Position numbers and translations under genes: made by a program. The notes under the pieces are model-generated. The model was not told where the DNA came from and did no database searches. It saw only the letters and a program-made list of their open reading frames with translations. A DNA stretch of 64,000 nt from an uncultured Candidatus Saccharibacteria bacterium (GTDB taxonomy: Bacteria > Patescibacteriota > Saccharimonadia > Saccharimonadales > CAYOYH01): the NCBI GenBank assembly GCA_964579475.1, contig CAZOFP010000003.1, positions 109 through 64,108 on the forward strand, given 5' to 3'. Positions 25,213 to 34,098 of the stretch are shown here, piece after piece; within the stretch, counting starts at the first letter, position 1; each line of letters begins with the position of its first letter.

Positions 25213-26564
25213 AAGATACTGTCGCGAAGATTGCTCCACAAGCTTGGAGCGTTGCTAGGTACGGTACTTGGTAGTTGATCTTGGTTGCTGGCTCCAGAGT
25301 TAGCGGGTTTAGTTGCATCTGTGGGGCTGGGGCTAATCTGCTCAGCCTGAACGATTAGACGTTTCCAGCTGGTTCCTGGTGGCGTACAAGTGATCAACGT
25401 AACAATGGGTTTATCTGACGGTGCCAAGACTGAAAAATCATCAGGTTCAACAATTTTTTTGGAGAAGACTCTATAGACGTATCTAGTACCTTCATAGTTA
25501 AGGATGAAGGTGTCGTTCTCTTCCATTCTAAATAGTAAGACAAAAGCAAACTTATACTCGCCAGAATTAAAGTAGTTGTTACTCGAATGGCCAAGGATGA
25601 CACTATTGCCTATTTCGCCCGGTAGCGGGGTGTTTCCGTAGTGGACTGTTCCTCGCTCAAGTGCGGTTTGAATCTTACCTTCTTCATAGCTTGGCTCATC
25701 GTAGACTACCGGTACATCTAAGTTAATCTTCGGGATGATGATTCTGGGTTCAGGACCGACATTGTTCGCCTCTTCAGGGTTGATGATTACTGGTGTATTG
25801 ATGGCGTCGCCAGGGCTGATGTATTGTTTCACCTGGGCAACGGCTATTTCGTTGTAGTTGGCGCCTAAGAAGAGTACCCCGACCATTAGGGACACGAGAA
25901 GTGGTTTCCATTTGGAGTGGTTTTTCTTTTTACTGGCTTTTTGAACACGTTTAACGACTTTGTCCTTCAGCTCACCAATTGATACTTGCTGTGTTAAGTC
26001 GCCACTAACGGCAGCTGTGATGGGTTGGGGGGTGGGTAAATCTGTAGTAGGTTGAGGTTGAGATAAGATAGATGTCGGCGGTGCTTCGGTCACTTGCGGG
26101 GTATGTGGTGCTGCCTGTGGCGTCGACCCAGGAATGACGAAGCTCGAGTAGTTATTGCGGTAGTTGTCTGCGCCTGGTGCTGCTCCTGGTTGCTGGGTTT
26201 GAGGCGTAGGTCGAGTGGGCTGCTGTGGGCTTGGGTTGTGATAAGGGTTGTAGTACGGCGTTGGTTGAGGCGCCGGAGCTTGCTGCGGAGTAGGTTGAGC
26301 TTGAGCTGGTGTTGGTTGCGAAGCAGGAGTTGCGAGTGGCTGCGTTGGTTGAGCCTCGCTAAATGGGTTGAAGTGTGCACTGTTATCCTGCCGTACTGGG
26401 GTAGTATCAGCGCCAGGCTGTTGTCCATAAATTGAGCTAAGTTGTTGCCGAATAAGGTCGGCAGCTTGGTTGGAATCCAACGGTCCTTTGTCAGGAATAT
26501 TTGGGATTTTAAAATCAGCCCCATTGTTTTGATTTGGCTGGTCGCTTTGGTTTGTTGGATCCAT
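25209..26564 (-). CDS. sortase with ~215-aa Pro/Gln-rich N-terminal extension
   Basis: Catalytic region ILGHSSN ... TLITCTPPGTSWKRLIV (TLxTC), preceded by a TM segment and QPTPAQAQPTPQQAPAPQPTP low complexity. Confidence 0.8.
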   Translation of the reverse strand: MDPTNQSDQPNQNNGADFKIPNIPDKGPLDSNQAADLIRQQLSSIYGQQPGADTTPVRQDNSAHFNPFSEAQPTQPLATPASQPTPAQAQPTPQQAPAPQPTPYYNPYHNPSPQQPTRPTPQTQQPGAAPGADNYRNNYSSFVIPGSTPQAAPHTPQVTEAPPTSILSQPQPTTDLPTPQPITAAVSGDLTQQVSIGELKDKVVKRVQKASKKKNHSKWKPLLVSLMVGVLFLGANYNEIAVAQVKQYISPGDAINTPVIINPEEANNVGPEPRIIIPKINLDVPVVYDEPSYEEGKIQTALERGTVHYGNTPLPGEIGNSVILGHSSNNYFNSGEYKFAFVLLFRMEENDTFILNYEGTRYVYRVFSKKIVEPDDFSVLAPSDKPIVTLITCTPPGTSWKRLIVQAEQISPSPTDATKPANSGASNQDQLPSTVPSNAPSLWSNLRDSIF

Positions 26565-26751
26565 AATACCTTAGTTCTAGCTACATTATTTTACAATATT
26601 TACAGTAATTGTACAATGCTATAACCAGGGTTTATTGCCAATGGTTATGCTTTTATAATCTTATCAAAGATTTATGCCTTAGTCCCTTTGAGTTCAAGCC
26701 CCCTGCTTCCCCTAAGTCAGCCTATTCAAGCTCCTTCCTTGCTGCATAATA

Positions 26752-26775
26752 GAAAAAGCCCCCTCAAATGAGGAG
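26752..26775 (-). terminator. terminator-like hairpin after the tRNA-like copy
   Basis: Minus sense reads CTCCTC-ATTT-GAGGGG followed by GCTTTTTCT. Confidence 0.5.
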
Positions 26776-26785
26776 ACCTTTTCTA

Positions 26786-26892
26786 TGGTGGGCGAGGAGG
26801 GACTTGGAAAATTATCCTGCTCGCTCGAGGGTTAGGAGCATCTCGCTCGGTCGAGCAAAGAACACTCGTCAGTCCACTGGACTGACTCCCCC
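26786..26892 (-). pseudogene. decayed tRNA-like copy sharing the last 21 nt (plus CCA) of tRNA-Leu
   Basis: Reverse complement is GGGGGAG TC AGTC CAGTG GACT GA CGAGT GTTCTTT GCTCG ...CTCCTAAC... CAAGTCCCTCCTCGCCCACCA. It has acceptor, D and anticodon-like arms but no T-stem 5' strand. Confidence 0.45.
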
Positions 26893-26918
26893 TTTCGGGT
26901 TCAAATCTCTCACCAATC

Positions 26919-26950
26919 AAAAAAACCTACAGCAAGAATGCTAGAAGGTT
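26919..26950 (-). terminator. rho-independent terminator of tRNA-Leu
   Basis: Minus sense reads AACCT...AGGTT hairpin followed by TTTTTTT. Confidence 0.6.
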
Positions 26951-26954
26951 TTCT

Positions 26955-27039
26955 TGGTGGGCGAGGAGGGACTTGAACCCTCAATCCGTTAGGAACACAA
27001 TTTTGAGTCGTGCGCGTATACCAATTCCGCCACTCGCCC
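26955..27039 (-). tRNA. tRNA-Leu (anticodon CAA), class II, CCA encoded
   Basis: Reverse complement is GGGCGAG TG GCG GAATTGGTATA CGC G CACGA CTCAAAA TTGTG TTCCTAACGGATT GAGGG TTCAAGT CCCTC CTCGCCC A CCA. Confidence 0.92.
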
Positions 27040-27108
27040 GTGACAAGCTAGATTATTGCATACTTTAGGCTATTAACTCTAGTAATTCTTAAATATTCTT
27101 GTGTAAAA

Positions 27109-27891
27109 CTAAAGAAGCGAGGTGGTAACAGCCTGGAATGGTTTTTCGGGGTGCTGAAGGAAGTAGACTGCAGCTTTTGAGGCGGTCTCTAGCTGCCAAT
27201 TAGTACTGCGTTTAGTCTGTGTAGTGGTAATTTCTCCGTACATGGCGACCACTGTATTTCCCTCGTGATTGGTTACTAGCATTGATTCACGATCTTCCGT
27301 CAGTCGGTGTAGCACCTCTACGAGCTGGACCAGCCCCATGGAGTGAGTTATCGGTAGCATAATGTTTAGTTTCGGGACGGTTTTTTGTAGTTGTTTTAAA
27401 TCGAGCACAAGCAAGGTATTTTCTCTGTTGAAAATTGCTTCAGGGTTGTCGTAAAAAACCTCTAGTGAATCTCCACTTAAAATAAGCGGTGATTTGGTTT
27501 GATCAACGAATTTTTCCGCAAATAGAGTGGTTTCACTGCCCTGTCCTAGTTCTCCTGGGAAGAATACACCGTCTCCCCACTGAGAGTATTCATGCATGGT
27601 CGCTACCCCATTACTTGAAAACCCGCCCGACTGGCTGCTTGGCAGGTAGACAACGTCATCTAACGATTTGCCAACGGTTTTTTCAAGCATGTCCGGCAAG
27701 ACGACTCGACAACTGCCTATTCCGGCGTCGATAACTTGTTGGTAGCTAGTGGCTACATCCATGAATGCATGAGAATTACCACCGACGAGCACGATTTTTT
27801 TCCTGAGTCGTTTATTCTCGGGTTTAGACCAGACTATTTCTTCGAAAAGTGGCTGATTGTTTTCCTGGCGTTGCCAAAAATCGTGCATCAC
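27109..27891 (-). CDS. divergent YjeF-C/NnrD-like carbohydrate-kinase-fold protein
   Basis: KIVLVGGNSHAFMDVATSYQQVIDAGIGSCRVVLP resembles the N-terminal NAD(P)HX dehydratase motif. The C-terminal GGxGD motif is not seen. Confidence 0.45.
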   Translation of the reverse strand: MMHDFWQRQENNQPLFEEIVWSKPENKRLRKKIVLVGGNSHAFMDVATSYQQVIDAGIGSCRVVLPDMLEKTVGKSLDDVVYLPSSQSGGFSSNGVATMHEYSQWGDGVFFPGELGQGSETTLFAEKFVDQTKSPLILSGDSLEVFYDNPEAIFNRENTLLVLDLKQLQKTVPKLNIMLPITHSMGLVQLVEVLHRLTEDRESMLVTNHEGNTVVAMYGEITTTQTKRSTNWQLETASKAAVYFLQHPEKPFQAVTTSLL

Positions 27892-28121
27892 TGAATCTCG
27901 TCGATTCCGGGCAAACCGTTAGATTTACGAATTACATTTTGTAGCGTACGAATCTGATCGTTTTGCGAGTCTATTTCGTCAAGATATTGCTGTGAAGTCA
28001 GAGCATAGGTGAAGGTCGCTGTAACTATTACTGTCGCTAGTAGAATTAGTAGGTGTATAACCATAATCTTATTTAGAGTATAGCCCGAATTCTTGCGGTT
28101 CTTAATCTCTTTTTCAGTCAT
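27888..28121 (-). CDS. small single-TM protein
   Basis: ORF track. Start placed at MTEKEIKN. TM is IMVIHLLILLATVIVTATF. Confidence 0.45.
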   Translation of the reverse strand: MTEKEIKNRKNSGYTLNKIMVIHLLILLATVIVTATFTYALTSQQYLDEIDSQNDQIRTLQNVIRKSNGLPGIDEIQ

Positions 28122-28833
28122 TTTCCAACAAGTACCTTCCTTTAGTTTCACTTAAATGATAAATCATATTTTTACGCTCAACGACGATTTTCCAATGTTT
28201 GTCGATGGCGTATTCAAAAAGTTCTCGGTCAGGATTAAAAGCAACAGGGTTTTCGACAGCTTCTAGTAGTTCCTTGTCTCCAATTGAGTCGCCAACACCA
28301 AAGCTATTTTTTTTGTCTAGCTGGTTGTCTTTTATGACTTTATCGAGAAATACATGTTTGCCTTCATGTGTTTTTTGAGTATTACCAGTCATTACGCCGT
28401 CAATGCGTTGATGACGTTGACCAACCCAGGCATCAAACCCCCAGTATTTTGCAAATTCGTTCACCATTTCTAGCTGGGAACCAGAAATAGCGATAAGAAA
28501 ATAACCCTCATTCTTTAATTTACGAATTAAGTTGCGTGGGTAGACGTAGGTATGGTTTTTCAATCTCTCGACAACATTTTTGGCGGCTTTATCGAAATCA
28601 CTTCCCTTTAGCCCCTCCATTCTTTTTTCGTAAGCGTCGACAACAGCGTTGCGGTAGTCGTCGTAGCTTGTTTGATGACTACGTTCTTTCCACGCAGCGA
28701 AAGCGGGCTGAAATTCTTCAAGTGTTTCTGGAGGCAGAGCGCCGCTTTCAGACAGTTCGGTAACAATTTCTAAGTACAAACTAGAACGAAAAATAGTGCC
28801 GTCGATATCGAATACAGCGAAAGGCTTCTTCAT
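28114..28833 (-). CDS. HAD-IB family hydrolase
   Basis: FDIDGT (motif I), ISGS (motif II), GDSIGD (motif IV). Confidence 0.8.
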   Translation of the reverse strand: MKKPFAVFDIDGTIFRSSLYLEIVTELSESGALPPETLEEFQPAFAAWKERSHQTSYDDYRNAVVDAYEKRMEGLKGSDFDKAAKNVVERLKNHTYVYPRNLIRKLKNEGYFLIAISGSQLEMVNEFAKYWGFDAWVGQRHQRIDGVMTGNTQKTHEGKHVFLDKVIKDNQLDKKNSFGVGDSIGDKELLEAVENPVAFNPDRELFEYAIDKHWKIVVERKNMIYHLSETKGRYLLEND

Positions 28834-29621
28834 TCGCTTAACTCAATACTTATTGGGCAGTGATCAGAGCCGATGACTTCTGGGTGTATTTGGGCTGATT
28901 TGATGCTATTCTTGAGAGATTTCGACACCATAAAATAGTCTATACGCCAGCCAACATTTCTCTCTCGTGCCTTGCCCCAGTTACTCCAGTAGGTGTAGTT
29001 GCCATTACCTTGAGTGAATAGCCGAAAGGTGTCTACAAAACCAGCGTTCACCATATCCTCGAAGCCATTGCGCTCCTCGCGGGTAAAGCCTTTCTTGCCT
29101 TCATTTTCTTTAGGTCGCGCCAAGTCATCTTCGGTATGAGCAACATTAAAGTCACCACAGAAAATTACCGGTTTACTTTTCTCTAGCTCTTTACAGTACT
29201 CGAGGAATGCTGGATCCCATTGTTCTCGCATAGCGATGCGTGATAAATCATCCTTTGCGTTTGGAGTGTAGACATTCACAACGTAGAAATCGTCAAATTC
29301 AGCAGCAATTACCCGACCCTCGGTAGTGGTGTCGCCATACTTATCTTTTAGCTTATATTTGGAGCGGATTGGTTCTGGGAGGCCTTTTATAATATTTAAC
29401 GGCTTTTCTTTCGTCAATAGACCGGTGCTGGAGTAGCCTTTCTTCTGAGCCGAGTGCCAGTACATATGGTATTTAGGAAGTTTGAGTTCAATCTGTTCTG
29501 GCTGGGCTTTGGTCTCCTGAATACATAGAATATCGGGCTGATGCTCGTCAATAAAGGGCAGGAACAGTCCTTTGCGCATCACCGCACGTAGGCCGTTTAC
29601 ATTCCAAGAATATATTTTCAT
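28830..29621 (-). CDS. xth: exodeoxyribonuclease III
   Basis: MKIYSWNVNGLRA, CIQETK, GDFNVAH, SDHCP. Confidence 0.92.
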   Translation of the reverse strand: MKIYSWNVNGLRAVMRKGLFLPFIDEHQPDILCIQETKAQPEQIELKLPKYHMYWHSAQKKGYSSTGLLTKEKPLNIIKGLPEPIRSKYKLKDKYGDTTTEGRVIAAEFDDFYVVNVYTPNAKDDLSRIAMREQWDPAFLEYCKELEKSKPVIFCGDFNVAHTEDDLARPKENEGKKGFTREERNGFEDMVNAGFVDTFRLFTQGNGNYTYWSNWGKARERNVGWRIDYFMVSKSLKNSIKSAQIHPEVIGSDHCPISIELSE

Positions 29622-29706
29622 CCTAACTCCCTCTCGGTTCTATGAGGGTAGTATAAACGACGCAGTGGTTGCGTGAAAGGCTAGCTGTATGTAGACTTGG
29701 GCAAAG

Positions 29707-30426
29707 ATGAGCCAAACCAAACAGTTTAAACGTGTACTTTTGAAGATTTCGGGCGAACAGCTTGCCGGAAAAAACGGATCTGGTATCGATTTGGAGTACC
29801 TACATTGGCTGTCTGGCGAGGTGAAACAAGCAGTCGACAGCGGCACACAGATAGTGATTGTTGTTGGCGGTGGCAACTGGCTGAGAGGCGCCAATTTTGC
29901 CAAGGGCGATATTGAGCGAGCCACAGCTGACTATATGGGTATGATTGCGACAGTCATGAATGGTCTTTCTGTTACCGACACTCTTGAGGCTAACGGCCAG
30001 CCAACCCGATTGCAGAGTAATATACACATGAACCAAGTTGCTGAACCATTCATAAGGCGCCGTGCTATTAGGCATTTAGAAAAAGGACGCGTGGTAATTA
30101 TTGCTGGTGGTCTAGGCAAGCCGTATCTAACGACTGACACCGTTTCTGTCTCTGTAGCGTTAGAGCTTGGTTGTGAAATAGTTCTAAAAGCCACTAATGT
30201 TGATGGCGTGTACGACAAAGACCCCGTCAATCATAAAGACGCTAAGTTGTTCGACGAAGTGTCTTTTCAAGAAGCGGTTGAAAACCCAGGTATAAAAGTA
30301 ATGGATAAGGCGGCTCTTGGCCTCGCCATGGAGCAAAAGATGCCGATCGCCGTTTTTAACCTCAACAAAGACGGCAACATTGCTAAGGTAGTCTCTGGCG
30401 AAAAAGTTGGAACATTGATCTCGTAA
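29707..30426 (+). CDS. pyrH: UMP kinase
   Basis: KRVLLKISGEQL, VVGGGN, ATNVDGVYDKDP. Confidence 0.93.
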   Translation: MSQTKQFKRVLLKISGEQLAGKNGSGIDLEYLHWLSGEVKQAVDSGTQIVIVVGGGNWLRGANFAKGDIERATADYMGMIATVMNGLSVTDTLEANGQPTRLQSNIHMNQVAEPFIRRRAIRHLEKGRVVIIAGGLGKPYLTTDTVSVSVALELGCEIVLKATNVDGVYDKDPVNHKDAKLFDEVSFQEAVENPGIKVMDKAALGLAMEQKMPIAVFNLNKDGNIAKVVSGEKVGTLIS

Positions 30427-30428
30427 CG

Positions 30429-31553
30429 CTACCGAATTTTCTTTTCGAAGTTTTGACCTGTATTGACTTGATTCACGATGTCTTTTGCGGTGTCCCAAAT
30501 AATGGGGTCATTTTTTACGGTTTTTCGCCAGTACCACCATTCAGCACCCCATAAATAGCCTTCGTCTAGACCAATTTGTCTAGCAAAATCGACGTTGCGA
30601 TACATCTGAGCTGGGCTCATCGATCGGTTCTGCTCCTTGGTGCTGAGCTCTACAGTAGGTTTTGGACCCCACGGTTCCAACTGAAGTTCATGGACAATGA
30701 TTGGACGATCTTTTAATAAATCGACAACCTGCGCCCGCATTCGGTGGTACCAGACTGGAGTTGGATATACAAGGTAAAATGGAATTATTTGAGTGTTGTA
30801 GACCACACGGTAGATGGAATAGCCGTAGATGTCTGGTGTTGGCTCACCGAATGGGAATCCATGCTGATCGCTCAAGCTCATAACTATTGGCTTGGTACTG
30901 TCGATACTTTTGACGAGGTTAAACTCGTCTACTAGCCGTTCGCGCAGCACCTTTCTGTCCTGGATATTGCATATTCCGAACCACTGATTAAATGCCTCGT
31001 TTTCTAGCTGGTAGCTTTCTAGAGCTGGGTGGTCTTTGTACCTGACTACCACTACTCCGATGTACTCTTCTAACTCTCGCTTCCATTCATCGTAGCGTAA
31101 CTTGTCCGCCCAACTTGGTTGATGACACTCAGGCCATCTAGGTTGTCTCAGCCCGATAGCCAGACTGACAGTTGCTCCGTTCTCTAGTGCTTTGTCCATC
31201 TGCCAATCAAGCGTTTCGAAGTCATATACATTATTTTCTTTCTCGTAGTCGTCCCAGTAGCTCATAAGTCGTAGCGATGGTATATCAATATCCTCGAGCA
31301 GAGCCAGATAAGTTTCTTGCCAATCTAACCCAAGTTCCTCGGCGTATTTAATCGAAAAACTAGAGCCCAGTCTCTTGAACTGGTTGCCACCATCTGGCCG
31401 GTAGACCAGCATCAACACCAGAATAAAACCGAGAATAAACAGGAAGATGAAGGTCAAGATTTTCAAAATTTTGTGACGCTTAAAAAAAATCACCACTTTG
31501 TGTTGATAAATATGTTTGAGGAACTGTATGAACTTCTTTAGTCTTTTCTGCAT
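30429..31553 (-). CDS. membrane-anchored TIM-barrel glycoside hydrolase-like protein
   Basis: N-terminal TM. YQLENEAFN (NE acid/base-like motif). Family not assigned. Confidence 0.45.
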   Translation of the reverse strand: MQKRLKKFIQFLKHIYQHKVVIFFKRHKILKILTFIFLFILGFILVLMLVYRPDGGNQFKRLGSSFSIKYAEELGLDWQETYLALLEDIDIPSLRLMSYWDDYEKENNVYDFETLDWQMDKALENGATVSLAIGLRQPRWPECHQPSWADKLRYDEWKRELEEYIGVVVVRYKDHPALESYQLENEAFNQWFGICNIQDRKVLRERLVDEFNLVKSIDSTKPIVMSLSDQHGFPFGEPTPDIYGYSIYRVVYNTQIIPFYLVYPTPVWYHRMRAQVVDLLKDRPIIVHELQLEPWGPKPTVELSTKEQNRSMSPAQMYRNVDFARQIGLDEGYLWGAEWWYWRKTVKNDPIIWDTAKDIVNQVNTGQNFEKKIR

Positions 31554-31626
31554 TATTTCTCAAGCATTAGCGTAACACAAACTTACTGCAGTCAGCTAGA
31601 CTGCTCTTGGGGTATAATAGCCTGAT

Positions 31627-32853
31627 ATGCGAATTGGTTTATTTACTGATGATTATCATCCTCGTGTCGACGGCGTGGTAGTGTATATCGATGCAATTTC
31701 AAAGATACTGACTAAACTTGGTCACGAAGTGTACATAATCTGCCCAAAATACCCGGGTCACAATCAATCGAAAGGAAAGGTAATCCGAGTTAGTAGCTAT
31801 GATCCGCTGCCTTTTAGCAAGCTTACTAGCAGAATGATGGTGACTAATCGAAAAACTCTAAAGACGATAAAAGATTTAGATCTCGACGTTATTCACGCTC
31901 ACACTCAGGCTGGAGCAAATTTCACAGCCTACATGGTTGCAAAAGAGAATGGCACGAAGTTGATTACAACGATGCATACAACCTATCATCCGTTGATTGA
32001 CGTTTACCCCGGAGTGACTTTGGTGGCAGTGGTCATGGGCAATTTTCTAGCTCTGAGATACTACCATGACACGAAGGCGTTCCGTTCGTTACTTACCTTC
32101 CCATTCCCGCTAAAAAAGAGGATTGCTTACTGGACAGATATATATATTAAATCTGTACTAGACCATAGTGATTTAGTGATAACTAATTCCAACCATGCTA
32201 AAGCCTATGTCGAAGATTTTGGGTCTACTACTGAAACAGAGATAATCAGAAATGGTGTTGATCGAAGTTGGTTTAAGCCAGCAACCAAAAAGACACAGCA
32301 CCCAAAAATATTGCACTTTGTGCTGACGAGTCGATTAAGTGGCGAGAAGCGCCAAGAAGTTGCAATCAAAGCCCTGGCCAGGCTTATTAGCAAGGGTCAC
32401 GAATACAGACTAACGCTTGTAGGTGGCGGCCCAATGCGAAAAAACTACGAAAAGCTTATAAAGAGCTTAGGCATTGATGAATACGTAACGATTACTGGTG
32501 AAGTTGAACGTGAAAGCGTTAAGGCAGCTCTAGATGAAGCTGATGTTGCGCTCTTCACGTCGTACCATTTCGATACGGACCCGCTGGCAGTTATGGAGTA
32601 TTTAGCGATGGGACTACCAGTGATATATTGTGACGAAAATTTTGAAGATATGTTTTTAAAAGGCGCTGCCATAAAGTCAGGTAGAGACGCTGGCTCTTTT
32701 GCTAGAGCGATGGAGGATTTGATTTTAAATCCAGAACAGCTAAAAAGGATGAGTAAACTCGCGAGAGAATCATCAAGAAAACACGATATATATGAAAAGG
32801 TCAAAAAACTGGAACGAGTTTACGGTAGCGTGCTGAGTACTAAATCGGATTAG
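31627..32853 (+). CDS. glycosyltransferase family 4
   Basis: MRIGLFTDDYHPRVDGV N-terminus and C-terminal E-x7-E-like region (DPLAVMEYLAMGLPVIY). Confidence 0.85.
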   Translation: MRIGLFTDDYHPRVDGVVVYIDAISKILTKLGHEVYIICPKYPGHNQSKGKVIRVSSYDPLPFSKLTSRMMVTNRKTLKTIKDLDLDVIHAHTQAGANFTAYMVAKENGTKLITTMHTTYHPLIDVYPGVTLVAVVMGNFLALRYYHDTKAFRSLLTFPFPLKKRIAYWTDIYIKSVLDHSDLVITNSNHAKAYVEDFGSTTETEIIRNGVDRSWFKPATKKTQHPKILHFVLTSRLSGEKRQEVAIKALARLISKGHEYRLTLVGGGPMRKNYEKLIKSLGIDEYVTITGEVERESVKAALDEADVALFTSYHFDTDPLAVMEYLAMGLPVIYCDENFEDMFLKGAAIKSGRDAGSFARAMEDLILNPEQLKRMSKLARESSRKHDIYEKVKKLERVYGSVLSTKSD

Positions 32854-33430
32854 TGGATATATAGCCATTGTCTAATTCGATATCGCAGGCATTCCAAAGC
32901 CCGCGGTTGGCTTCTCTAGCCTCTTGTTCGAGAGCTAGAAATTCATCCATCTTGGTCACCGGAAACGAAGTGTAGGCAAAGGCGTAGCCCTCCTCAATCA
33001 TTTTAGCGTTTAGTAGTGTGCCGTCTGGCAAATACACGTATCTAAGTAATCTGTCGTAACGGTCACGATTTGAATTCGTTGGGTCAGCTACAAGTTTGAC
33101 ATCACTGTCGCCGATGAGCTGAGTTAAATAATCGGTTGCAGCGTATGAATAACACTGCACCGGTTTCGATGGATGGTTTTTCTCTGGCGTGTCTATGCCG
33201 ATGAACCTGACCCTATTCTCTTGGTTGTTGGCTCGAACGGTAATAGTGTCGCCGTCATTGACATAGACGACCTCGTAGAGCCCAGGCTGTACGCTCGTCA
33301 GGAAATCACCAACGACTGTATCGCTAATGCTCTGGGCATCTTTAGCGCTGATTCCCGCGCCAATAAGCAACAGAAACAACAACGCAGTGATTAACCCTTT
33401 ATTTAGTTTCGATATCCGTATTTTTCTCAT
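32840..33430 (-). CDS. secreted thermonuclease (SNase family)
   Basis: Signal/TM, then VNDGDTITV...VRFIGIDTPE...DRYDRLLRYVY. Confidence 0.85.
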   Translation of the reverse strand: MRKIRISKLNKGLITALLFLLLIGAGISAKDAQSISDTVVGDFLTSVQPGLYEVVYVNDGDTITVRANNQENRVRFIGIDTPEKNHPSKPVQCYSYAATDYLTQLIGDSDVKLVADPTNSNRDRYDRLLRYVYLPDGTLLNAKMIEEGYAFAYTSFPVTKMDEFLALEQEAREANRGLWNACDIELDNGYISTNPI

Positions 33431-34046
33431 GACGAGTGAACCTTCGGTAATGTTTATAACCGATGAATATTAATGCGCTCACCCCGTAAAAAATCCAAAC
33501 ATATCTAAACCACCCACTCTGTAGGTGTTGACCAATTGCCAGGCCGTGGAAGAAAACAGCAACGAAGGCGATATCGTCTATGGCGTCAATAATTAGCCAG
33601 TTTTTTCCTACCCAAGGCCTCTTTTTTAGCCACCGCGCTAGGTCGTATAGCAAAAATATAACAAGAGATAAAATACCGTAGGTTATAAATATTGCTTGAG
33701 GTGCAGAGACGTAATTGTAATAAGCTTCCGGCGGACCCGGTAAGTTGTTGGATATACTAAATACAGATAACAATATCGGATGCAACACCATCAAGAGGAA
33801 AACGAAAAAAGTTGATGTTTTATACAGGCTTTTAATCTTTTCAAAAGAAGGGTTTAGATCGCCTACGAAACCAAGCAAAAAATGCCACCACATAATAGAA
33901 AACGCCAAAAGACCAAGCAATGGGAATACGGTTAGAGAGCTTATGGACTCAAGGCGCCAGTTCAACTGAGCTCCCCAGACGTAAAGCGGCAGTAGGACTA
34001 TCGGTACGATCAGTAACTCAACACCCAGTAGGTATTTTCTGTTCAT
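33399..34046 (-). CDS. 6-TM membrane protein, ferric-reductase/MsrQ-like (tentative)
   Basis: Paired His in TM helices (WWHFLLGF, VLHPILL, FFHGLAIGQH). Confidence 0.4.
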   Translation of the reverse strand: MNRKYLLGVELLIVPIVLLPLYVWGAQLNWRLESISSLTVFPLLGLLAFSIMWWHFLLGFVGDLNPSFEKIKSLYKTSTFFVFLLMVLHPILLSVFSISNNLPGPPEAYYNYVSAPQAIFITYGILSLVIFLLYDLARWLKKRPWVGKNWLIIDAIDDIAFVAVFFHGLAIGQHLQSGWFRYVWIFYGVSALIFIGYKHYRRFTRHEKNTDIETK

Positions 34047-34098
34047 ATCAACAGTTTATCATCGCCAGAGTTGCGGAGATAGGTTGGTTCTAGGTGTA

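Noticed and set aside
26090-26524. ORFs 26090..26524 (-) and 26094..26435 (+) inside the sortase N-terminal region
   Set aside because: These are alternate-frame or antisense read-throughs of the Pro/Gln-rich repeat. The sortase frame continues into a bona fide catalytic domain.
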